64,000 nucleotides of DNA from Candidatus Desulfobia pelagia (GTDB lineage Bacteria; Desulfobacterota; Desulfobulbia; Desulfobulbales; SURF-16): the NCBI GenBank assembly GCA_014382295.1, contig JACNJZ010000045.1, positions 6,017-70,016 of the forward strand, written 5' to 3'. Below are positions 47,993 through 56,698 of the stretch, in pieces. The notes beneath the pieces are model-generated. The model had not been told where the DNA came from. It ran no database searches and saw only the letters and a list, made by a program, of their open reading frames with translations. The position numbers were made by a program, and so were the translations under genes. How positions within the stretch are numbered: the first letter of the stretch is position 1; every line of letters begins with the position of its first letter.

Positions 47993-49663
47993 TTATTTGA
48001 ACTCGACAATCTTGGCATTATCAACATAATCCTTTGTTTCAAAGCCAGTCATGGTGATCATTTTTTTAGTAAGTTCAGCCATCTGCTTCATATTGCGGAT
48101 TATCATATCTAAATCCTCCAGCAAAGCTTCCGACTGGATATCATCACGCATAAGCTGGGCTGTTCCCAGGGCGGCAAAGAGAGGTGAATTCAGCTCGTGG
48201 GCAACAGTTCCGGCTATTTCCAATATGCCTTTAAGCTTCATTCGTTCCATTTTTTCCTGCTCCAATAATTGCTGGGTGGTTATATCTCGGACAGTGAAAA
48301 TAACAAACTCCACCTTGCCCTTGTCGTCTAAAATTGGATAAATAGACTGCTCAAGCCACTGATCATTTCCTTCCTTAACCTTATGAATAGTGGAGGTCGT
48401 CTTCTCCCCGCCAGACAGGATCAGGTCAACCGGACACATAGATTCTTCAGGATTATCCCAAGGTGAAATGAGGTTGTAAGGCCGCCCCAGGACCTCCTCT
48501 TCTGAGAAGGCATTTTCTTCAAGAAATCTTCGATTGGCCATGACTACATGTTTCCGGGTATCCAAGACAATAAGCTGAGCCCACAGGGAATCTATGATAT
48601 TTTGGAGAAAACGTTCATTTGCCTCAATCTGGTTGAAAAGAAGAGTTATTTTCTGATAGGTACGGGCATTTTGAATAGCATTGCCACCTTCCTCAGCCAG
48701 TGTTGCCGCAAAATTCACTTCACTTGAGGAAAAACAATGGTGTTCGGCGGTGAGCAACCTCAGGACCCCGATAATCTCAGGACCGTTTTTAATGGGAACA
48801 GCCAGAATGCTTTTAATGCCCTCTTTCTCCATGGAATCGTGATATCTCACCCGGGCATCATTGGAGGCATCATAGATTGCCACTGGTTCACCTTTCAGCA
48901 CGTCAAAAATGGAGTTTTCCCTTTTAACTTGGCCACGTTTCAAGTATTCGTCTGAAAGACCTGTGGCAGCCACCAGTTCCAGCTGATTAGTTTCAGGCTG
49001 GAGCAGACGAATAGTGCAGGCTTTCATTCCCATGACTTTAGGAAGTTTGTCAACAATGGTTTGTAAAATTTCATTCAGATTAAGGGTGGAATTGACCAGA
49101 CGGGATATTTCTTTCACTTCCTGGAGAAAATCCACCTGATTCTCCATCTCTGTAAAAAGTCTGGCATTGGAGACGGCAACCCCAATCTGCTCTGCCAAAG
49201 CCATGGAAAAGGAAATTTCCATGGCCGTGAAAACCCGCGTGCTTCGTGTCAAAAGTCGCATGATACCGATGATATGTCCCTGAAAGGTAATGGGCAGGGC
49301 CAAAACACTTTTAATACTCTCCCTGGCCGCCTCAGCACTGTGCTGATAATGCGGGTCAGTATCCAGAGCAGTTTTCGCTACCGGATTTCCACTCATGATC
49401 ATCTCCATGGATTCTTCAGTATCAATGGAGCCACGGGAAAGATACTCATCAGACAAGCCATGGGCAGCTCCCAGGACAAAAGTGTTCGTACTACTGTCAA
49501 GCAGCCTTATAGTTGCCGCATCAACATCAAGAAGCCCAGGAAGACGATGAACGACCATGTCCATAACCTGCTGGGGGTCAAGTACCATACTGATAAGTTT
49601 GGTGACTTTTTGAAATATCTTGAGGTATTCCTGTTCCGTGCTGGGGACTGTTACAGTTTTCAT
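47993..49663 (-). CDS. GAF-GAF-PAS-HisKA signalling protein lacking the ATPase domain
   Basis: Two ATIRLL/CTIRLL GAF repeats, PAS, GTVAHELNSP, ends ~50 aa later. Confidence 0.8.
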   Translation of the reverse strand: MKTVTVPSTEQEYLKIFQKVTKLISMVLDPQQVMDMVVHRLPGLLDVDAATIRLLDSSTNTFVLGAAHGLSDEYLSRGSIDTEESMEMIMSGNPVAKTALDTDPHYQHSAEAARESIKSVLALPITFQGHIIGIMRLLTRSTRVFTAMEISFSMALAEQIGVAVSNARLFTEMENQVDFLQEVKEISRLVNSTLNLNEILQTIVDKLPKVMGMKACTIRLLQPETNQLELVAATGLSDEYLKRGQVKRENSIFDVLKGEPVAIYDASNDARVRYHDSMEKEGIKSILAVPIKNGPEIIGVLRLLTAEHHCFSSSEVNFAATLAEEGGNAIQNARTYQKITLLFNQIEANERFLQNIIDSLWAQLIVLDTRKHVVMANRRFLEENAFSEEEVLGRPYNLISPWDNPEESMCPVDLILSGGEKTTSTIHKVKEGNDQWLEQSIYPILDDKGKVEFVIFTVRDITTQQLLEQEKMERMKLKGILEIAGTVAHELNSPLFAALGTAQLMRDDIQSEALLEDLDMIIRNMKQMAELTKKMITMTGFETKDYVDNAKIVEFK

Positions 49664-49913
49664 GGTAGATGTCTCATCCCGGTAGCTTTTAAGCGCTTAG
49701 TTTTTCCATACACATCGTTATGGGTAGATTTAGTTAGGCAATAACCTGCTAGTTTGACATGCTGCAGTCCTAAATTTCACGGAATCTTTTGTCTCAAAAT
49801 AACAGATTCCAGCCCTTCCAGAGTCAATAAAATTGTCTAATGGTAATAAGGAAACTGTACGTATCTCCTGTAACACTTCTAGGCCTCTCGTTCCCGGCAC
49901 ATTCAGGAAATGG

Positions 49914-50367
49914 TCAAAGCCTTTTCTCATGATTTGTTTCGCTCCTGACTTTACTGCCTATAACAAAGGCCGCACTAATCAGGAATAAGTTTTTGATAAT
50001 CATATTGCCCTTCAATACTTAATCCAAAAGGGATTTTGGCAAAGCAGATATCCGGCAGCAGGATTAACGGCAGAAAGGTCCCTGGCAATTCAATGAGAAG
50101 CAGTAGGAGAGCAATGCGGAGCCAGGGGCGGTAGAGTAAACACACTCCGATTGCGAATTCCCAACATCCCAGCACTGGCAAAAAAGCCTGCGGCGGAAGC
50201 CAGTAGACCGTCCGCTTTATAAGTTCCTCCTCCGGGCTGAGGCCAAGCGGTTTCAAGGCCCCGAACCAGATGAAAATCAGAGCAAGGGAAATTCTCATCA
50301 AAAATTGACAGTACTTATCCATCCACCTAGCAATTTGCCGATCAATATTGTTTGCCCATTCACGCAT
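49914..50367 (-). pseudogene. DoxX/YkgB-like membrane protein with a +1 frameshift
   Basis: RISLALIFIWFGALK...EGQY; deleting one base near 50001 restores IIKNLFLISAAFVIG...KRL*. Confidence 0.7.
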
Positions 50368-50518
50368 TTTATTTCCCTCCTTTGTTTTGATTTTCCTTTT
50401 TGCTTCTCCTGAAAAACTCTGGATTACGAAAAATCTGCCAGCTGCCATGGAGAAGCGTGGAGGCTCTTTTCACCGAAAGTCCATTCAACAATGTAAAAAA
50501 GATTGTCCCTTAATTTTA

Positions 50519-51736
50519 GGACTTTCTGAATAATACAGATTTGAGGTCACAGTTTACAGATCAAGTGAAAATTTGAGTTTTTTTAATCAGAACCCACGAT
50601 CACAATCGACATTTTAAACTCAATTTTTTCTGTTTTGCTGCCTTTGTGCAGCGTTTTATAATTTATTTGCACCTTTTGACGGACTGCTCCTATTAAATCG
50701 GGGCCAGTAGTATTTTTTTTCGAACTCGAAACAGATTATAAAGCCCGAATAACAAATGTAATTGGCCTGCATTTTTCGCAAGGCCTCGGTAACGGGTTTT
50801 ACGATAGTTCCATTGGCATTTAATTACTTGAAAAGGGTGTTCGACAATAGCTCTTGCTCTTGAGAGTTTACGGTTTCTCTTTTCTTGGGAACTGGATAAG
50901 GGATTATTGCGACTCGCTTTGTCCAAGATTCCACAAAAGATGCCCTGCTTTCGAAGATCTCGTTTACGAGAAGAATTGAAGTAGCCTTTGTCGCCAAGAA
51001 TTGCTTTCTCCTCTCCATGCAGGAGTTCTTCAAACTGGCGTGTATCATGAATCTTGGCAGTTGTTGTGCTCAGGTTGTGCACCAGGCCTGACTTAGGATC
51101 AACACCGACATGGGCTTTCATCCCGAAGTGCCACTTGCCGTTTTTCTGGGTTGAACTCATTTCAGGGTCACGCTTGCCACTTTGATTCTTGGTGCTGGAA
51201 GGAGCAGCTATTAATGTCGCATCAACAGCAGTACCTTCTTTCATGAGCAGGCCTTTTTGTTCGAGGTGTTCATTTATTGTAGAAAGAATTTTTTCGAAAA
51301 GATTGTGTTTATGCAAGAGATTACGGAACTTGCAAACTGTTGTTTCGTCGGGCACTGACTCTGTAAGAATGTCGATAGATAAAAACTTTTGAAAGGAGTT
51401 TCTGTCGTAGATTGCATCTTCAACAGCGGGATCGGACAAATTGTACCACTCCTGAAGGCAAAGTATACGCAACTTCCTTTCTATATCAATGCGTTTTCTG
51501 CCGGTCTTTGGTTGTTTATGATATGGTTTTATAATAGCGCAAAGTTTCTTCCAAGGAACAACTTGGTCCATCTGGTTTAAGTATTTCTCACAACGAAGTG
51601 TTTTGCGATATAGTGCTATCGAAAGTAGGCTTAGCTGACTCATTTTACCCTCCGCATCATGTTTAACATGTTGAAATAATTATAAACTATGCGGATATAT
51701 TGTAACCTTTATTCTGAATAGTTTTTCAGAGGGTCC
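50519..51736 (-). mobile_element. IS5-family insertion sequence (1218 bp)
   Basis: Terminal IRs GGACTTTCTGAATAA / TTTTTCAGAGGGTCC (12/15 match); TTTA duplicated at 50515-50518 and 51737-51740. Confidence 0.88.
50693..51643 (-). CDS. IS5-family transposase
   Basis: WYNLSDP, PDETT, VDATLI, WHFGMKAHVGVD, GDKGY, RAIVEHPF, RYRGLAKN. Confidence 0.95.
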   Translation of the reverse strand: MSQLSLLSIALYRKTLRCEKYLNQMDQVVPWKKLCAIIKPYHKQPKTGRKRIDIERKLRILCLQEWYNLSDPAVEDAIYDRNSFQKFLSIDILTESVPDETTVCKFRNLLHKHNLFEKILSTINEHLEQKGLLMKEGTAVDATLIAAPSSTKNQSGKRDPEMSSTQKNGKWHFGMKAHVGVDPKSGLVHNLSTTTAKIHDTRQFEELLHGEEKAILGDKGYFNSSRKRDLRKQGIFCGILDKASRNNPLSSSQEKRNRKLSRARAIVEHPFQVIKCQWNYRKTRYRGLAKNAGQLHLLFGLYNLFRVRKKILLAPI

Positions 51737-51958
51737 TTTACTTATAGTAATTAATCAAGATAAAGTATAATTTATTATAAAAATGCTTATCATTAGTAGA
51801 ATTAATACAAAGGCCACGTTGTTACTATAGTAACGATTTTTCATACGCAGACCAAAAATTTTCTTGAAATAAAAAGTAATTCCCACTGCTCTTCATTTAA
51901 AAATTCACTTATTCAAATAAAGTCTGTAGAGGAATAAAAAAGAAAAAAAGAGGCGATC

Positions 51959-52927
51959 ATGGCAATTACGTTCAGGCAGCTTGAAATTTTTAATGCTGTA
52001 GTAGAAACTCAACAGGTTACCCGGGCCAGCAAAAAACTGTTTATAACCCAATCGGCGGTCAGTCTTGCAATAATTGAGCTGGAAAATCAGCTTGGGGGAC
52101 CTCTTTTCGATCGTCAGGGCCGTTCGCTTATTCTCAACGATCGAGGCCGCTATCTCCTACCTTTAAGCAGAGAAATTAGCGATCAGATGAACAATGTCTG
52201 TTCGTTGATGAATGAAAAGGATGGAAATATTGTGGGATCTCTTAATTTGGTCGCCAGTTCCACCATTGGCAATTATGTCCTGCCTTATCTGATCAGTGCC
52301 TTCAAGCAAATGCACCCTGATGTATATATAACCATGCTCGTTCTCAATACAAGAGCGGCAGAAAAGCTGATTGTTGACCGCAAAGTGGATATCGGTTTTG
52401 TTGAAGGGGAGGTGAACAATGAGCAGGTGCAAGTAACTCCCTGGTTTAAAGATGAACTTGTTCTTATATCAAATATTGATAATCTTACCGAAGACAGCGA
52501 TGTATGTAATGTCGCCACCGATCTTAAGAAATATAAATGGATTATGCGGGAGCAAGGTTCCGGAACAGCGCAGATCTTTAAAAAGAAATTAGGAAAACAT
52601 GTAACAGACCTAAACATCATCATGGAATTGGGCCACACTGAAGCAATAAAAAATGCTGTCAAATCAGGAGCAGGTGTGGGCTGTCTGTCTAACCTGACCG
52701 TCTGTAGTGATGTTGAAAACGGCAGGTTGAAGCGACTTTACATAAAGGGAGTTGACATGGAAAGGCAGCTCTCGGTGATCCAGCACAAAAATAAGACTAT
52801 GACAAAATTGATGCAGGAGTTGCTGGATTTCTGTTTTCTGATGAGCCAGTGTAGCCATGGGCAGGCATGTTTGTCCTCTCCACACACATTAATGACGTTG
52901 GTGGAGCAGTTCGATGTCAAGAAATGA
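51959..52927 (+). CDS. LysR-family regulator (CysL/YeiE-like)
   Basis: HTH ITQSAVS...LFDR, ASSTIGNYVLP, GFVEG, REQGSGT, EAIK. Confidence 0.9.
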   Translation: MAITFRQLEIFNAVVETQQVTRASKKLFITQSAVSLAIIELENQLGGPLFDRQGRSLILNDRGRYLLPLSREISDQMNNVCSLMNEKDGNIVGSLNLVASSTIGNYVLPYLISAFKQMHPDVYITMLVLNTRAAEKLIVDRKVDIGFVEGEVNNEQVQVTPWFKDELVLISNIDNLTEDSDVCNVATDLKKYKWIMREQGSGTAQIFKKKLGKHVTDLNIIMELGHTEAIKNAVKSGAGVGCLSNLTVCSDVENGRLKRLYIKGVDMERQLSVIQHKNKTMTKLMQELLDFCFLMSQCSHGQACLSSPHTLMTLVEQFDVKK

Positions 52928-52938
52928 CGGAAATCCTC

Positions 52939-55626
52939 TTATTCTTTATTTAATAAAAGTTCTAGCTTTTCCAGTTTGTTAATGGTGTATATTTCCTCCC
53001 TGATTAAATCGACATGGGTGATTTCCACCTTGATTTCCGCATCACGGATACAAGTGAAAATCTCTATCTGTTGGCTGGCAAGCTCGAAATGTTCTTTTGT
53101 TACTATGGCAAAATCATTGCCGTACGCCCTGAACAGAAGTGTTTCAGGGAAATTGACCTGCAGTTCATCCGCAATTTCCTTCACAAGCTGATTGCCCTCT
53201 TCCCAACCCCACCGCTTGTTATATTCCGGTAGATTTTTCAGGTGCACACTATAAAAACATTTGTAGTCATTTGTGCTTCGGTTGTTGCGCAGTATTATCT
53301 GAAGATAGTCTTCATTGTATAGACCGGTAAGCTTGTCATTAAAAAAATAGGAAAAACGTCTTTTCTCCAGGTCTGTTCTCGGAAGTTGAGAAACGGTAGA
53401 GGGAATTTTCACATCCTGAAGAACATTAACAGCAGCCTTTACAACTTGAGGATTAAACTGGCTGCCTGCCAGGGATTGAAGTTCTATGACAGCCTCAGGT
53501 ATTTCTTTTCTCGATTTATAGATACGATTTGTCGTCATGGCGTCAAAAGCATCGGCAACCGTCATAATGCTCGACAGAAGAGGAATATCTTCATCTTTGA
53601 GATGATCCGGATATCCGTTTCCATCATACCTCTCATGATGATGCCGGATAATCTCGGCAAGTTCTTTATACATATTAATTTTTGAGAGCATTTCATAGCC
53701 AGCACTGGCATGAATTTTAATAAGATCGTAGTCTAGGTCCGAGAGTTTCCCCGGTTTCAGGAGGACAGAATCCGGTGTGGCAATTTTGCCAATATCATGG
53801 AGCACGGCAGCCTTCTGCAGCTTTTGTATCTCTTTATCATCGAGCCCCATTTCTTTGGCAATCATCACAGAATAGCGGGCTACACGTGCTGTATGCCCGG
53901 CGGTATATGTATCACGATGCTCAATCATATTTACCATGGAGAAAATCGTTTCTTCATAATTTGCAGTGCGTTCAAGTTCCAATCGTGTGACAGCTTCCTT
54001 CTGTTGAAAAGAGTTGATAGCAAAACCGATATCACCGGCCAATTCTTCAAGCATGGCAAGCTCTTCTGGTTCACATCCCTCTTTCCGCCAGGTATAAACA
54101 GTCATAGCGCCTAGTGGTTCAGCATGCTGGTCGGCCCGCAAGGGAAGACCGATAACTGCCTGGAATCCCTTTACTTGAGTTCTCCAGGGAGTTGCATCTA
54201 CCTTTTGCCGGCTGATATCACTGATTACAGTCCTGTTTTCCGCAATACATTTGGCTGTGGGGCTCTGGGGAAATATATTGTCGGCATCTTGGAGGGCATA
54301 CGGCGGGTCAATAAGGTAGTTATCGGCTTCGTGAGACGTATAGACTGTCTGGATATTGTCATTCTCCAACAGGCCAACCCAGCAAAAACCATAATGTCCG
54401 TGTTGGACAAACCTGGCACAGGACTCTTTCAGCAGGCTCTCCAGGGTTAGTGATGTTACAAGCAGCTCATTGACATCAGCAACCGTATGCAGGATTTCCC
54501 TGAGATACATCTCCTGATCCAGGAGGGTATTGATCTTTTCTGTCCGCTGTATCACCTTGACTTCCAGAGTTCTGTTGAGCTCGTCGACCTCAGCTTTTTT
54601 CTGGTGCAGGCTTTGGTTCAGGTAAAAAATGTACAATGTAACAACAAGTACCGCCATGGCAGCCAATGCCAGCAACGCAACCTGCCGCCAGTAGCGTTGT
54701 AAAACATCTTTAAGGGTGAATTTTCCGTAATCCTCATAGGGACTGATTCGAAGTTCCAGCAAACAGTCATGCACCGGTTGGTAGTTAAGGGGTATTGTCC
54801 AGCCTGCTGATTTACTTGCGATGGCCGCTGGGTCACCGGCATCCATGGCCATCAATGCGGAGGCAACGAGACGAGAGAGCTTGTTTGGCGTTGTTTTGAT
54901 GGCAGCTATAGGCCACTCTGGATAGAGATCCGTGCTGATCATGAACGGAAACTGATCGACTTTCTGGGGGTGAAGGATGCGAAGCATCTCAAGCTTGATC
55001 TTCCCCTCAGCAGCCATCCGCTCCAAGGTGTCAGAGCGCACAGTCCCTCCATCAACAGCACCATTGAGGACGGCATATACTACTGCATCATGGGTCGTGC
55101 CATACTGCATAGAGGAAAAATCCGCCAGGGGATCAATACCCTTCCTCTTGAATTCTCTCCAGGCCATAATCCAGCCCCCGAAAGAGCGTGGATCCACAGC
55201 CATAAAGTTCTTTCCCTGAAGATCTTCCAACTCCTTTATGTCTTTTTTATCTGCCCGGGAGAAGATGACTCCCCCAAAGGTTGTTGTTTGCTGACCAGGC
55301 ATATTCTGATTAATCAGAGTCGCGATCCGACTCACACCGTAGAGTTTCTCAAGCTCCACATAGAACGCGGAATTTGCCAACACAAAATCTATTTTTCCCT
55401 CTTTGACTGCGGTGTGAATTTCTTGAAAACCAAGAGGAACTATTTCAAAAAGGTATCCATGAACTGAGGAAGATAAATAATCAGCGGTCTTCGACCATTT
55501 CTGCAGGGTATATGCGGGGCCTCGTTTGGCCAAAACACCAATTTTGACCGTTTGTGCACCCCATAGTACACCTGTCTGGAGTAAGGAAAAAAATATGAGA
55601 ATAAAAATTTTAATTAGGAGAATCAT
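52939..55626 (-). CDS. Periplasmic binding domain-GAF-HD-GYP phosphodiesterase with a degenerate GGDEF tail
   Basis: PhnD-like sensor (SFGGW, VRSDTLE, LYPEWP), TM, GAF, LHDIGK, HHERYDGNGYP, DKLTGL...AYGNDF. Confidence 0.88.
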   Translation of the reverse strand: MILLIKIFILIFFSLLQTGVLWGAQTVKIGVLAKRGPAYTLQKWSKTADYLSSSVHGYLFEIVPLGFQEIHTAVKEGKIDFVLANSAFYVELEKLYGVSRIATLINQNMPGQQTTTFGGVIFSRADKKDIKELEDLQGKNFMAVDPRSFGGWIMAWREFKRKGIDPLADFSSMQYGTTHDAVVYAVLNGAVDGGTVRSDTLERMAAEGKIKLEMLRILHPQKVDQFPFMISTDLYPEWPIAAIKTTPNKLSRLVASALMAMDAGDPAAIASKSAGWTIPLNYQPVHDCLLELRISPYEDYGKFTLKDVLQRYWRQVALLALAAMAVLVVTLYIFYLNQSLHQKKAEVDELNRTLEVKVIQRTEKINTLLDQEMYLREILHTVADVNELLVTSLTLESLLKESCARFVQHGHYGFCWVGLLENDNIQTVYTSHEADNYLIDPPYALQDADNIFPQSPTAKCIAENRTVISDISRQKVDATPWRTQVKGFQAVIGLPLRADQHAEPLGAMTVYTWRKEGCEPEELAMLEELAGDIGFAINSFQQKEAVTRLELERTANYEETIFSMVNMIEHRDTYTAGHTARVARYSVMIAKEMGLDDKEIQKLQKAAVLHDIGKIATPDSVLLKPGKLSDLDYDLIKIHASAGYEMLSKINMYKELAEIIRHHHERYDGNGYPDHLKDEDIPLLSSIMTVADAFDAMTTNRIYKSRKEIPEAVIELQSLAGSQFNPQVVKAAVNVLQDVKIPSTVSQLPRTDLEKRRFSYFFNDKLTGLYNEDYLQIILRNNRSTNDYKCFYSVHLKNLPEYNKRWGWEEGNQLVKEIADELQVNFPETLLFRAYGNDFAIVTKEHFELASQQIEIFTCIRDAEIKVEITHVDLIREEIYTINKLEKLELLLNKE

Positions 55627-56061
55627 AGCAATATATCTTTACTCTTTATTCTGCCGATCACTGTAGTACAAATTAATATAACCATATGGTGTTCAAATAA
55701 AAGAAGAAAGAATTGTTTTTTTGTTAAAGCTGTAATGTAATAACCTTATCAGCGAACAGTATACATTACGAGTTTTAAGATTTCTCTCTTCACTTCGAAA
55801 TGAATATGTAGCTTTTGGTATTTAATTTTTACTGTCTCTCTGTTCTTGCTTAGAAAGTGATTCCTGGAGGGAGACGCACCTAACCAGATGGCACCAAGTG
55901 TAAAATAACAATCACAATTAATGGTGAACATTCCATTATACCCTTCTTCTTTTACATAAAATCCTTGACACAATTAACGTTCAGTCTTTTTATACATAAA
56001 CAAGATGTTTCCTTGCGAGGAAAATCCTCGTACCCTTCAACACATAACGGAGTGTTTAACA

Positions 56062-56277
56062 ATGGAAAAACAAATAGATATGATATGCGTTTCAGATATG
56101 GAAGGCTTTGATAGAGAGCTCTTTGAAAAGGCCAAAAAAAAGCTATCCATACATTTAAGCAAGTTTGGTTGGAAATTTGAGGATTGTGTCCATGAGGAAG
56201 GCGACAAGGTCTGGTCGTGCAAACCAGCTGCTATATGGTTCCTGATACCAGACATTGACCCGAATGACTGGGATTGA
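56062..56277 (+). CDS. Small hypothetical protein (71 aa)
   Basis: CGGAG RBS before ATG; MEKQIDMICVSD... Confidence 0.55.
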   Translation: MEKQIDMICVSDMEGFDRELFEKAKKKLSIHLSKFGWKFEDCVHEEGDKVWSCKPAAIWFLIPDIDPNDWD

Positions 56278-56375
56278 TTTTTATTGCGGAATATACCTAT
56301 ATTGCCGTATTCGCAAAAAGCGTTCATACGCCGCGTGAATCTTTGGGATCCCCTTGATATTACTGGTGGCGATAA

Positions 56376-56696
56376 TTGAAATCACGACTTTTGGCAAGAT
56401 CACCTATATTGATTGTCAGCTTTTTCCTTTTCATCTTCTCTGCTACGGAAAAAGGGAATGCTCAACCTCCGGTTGATAATGAATCATGTTCTTCATTTAT
56501 CGCCTTCTACTGTACAACCTGCCACAATACCCAGCGCATCTGCGCGTCATTGGCGACCCAGGATGAAGAGGCCTGGAAAAAAATAATCCATACTATGGCA
56601 GAATATGGTGACATGAATAATGCTGACGAGAAATACACCCTTTCCTGCATGCACTTTATGGAACCAGGCTCCGAAATTGTCTGTAAACAGAAATAA
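56376..56696 (+). CDS. Small exported monoheme c-type cytochrome
   Basis: Signal peptide, CTTCH, WxxxIxxM distal-ligand pattern. Confidence 0.7.
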   Translation: MKSRLLARSPILIVSFFLFIFSATEKGNAQPPVDNESCSSFIAFYCTTCHNTQRICASLATQDEEAWKKIIHTMAEYGDMNNADEKYTLSCMHFMEPGSEIVCKQK

Positions 56697-56698
56697 AC

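Noticed and set aside
49730..49930. 66-aa minus-strand ORF
   Set aside because: No motifs; its start overlaps the restored tail of the frameshifted DoxX-like gene
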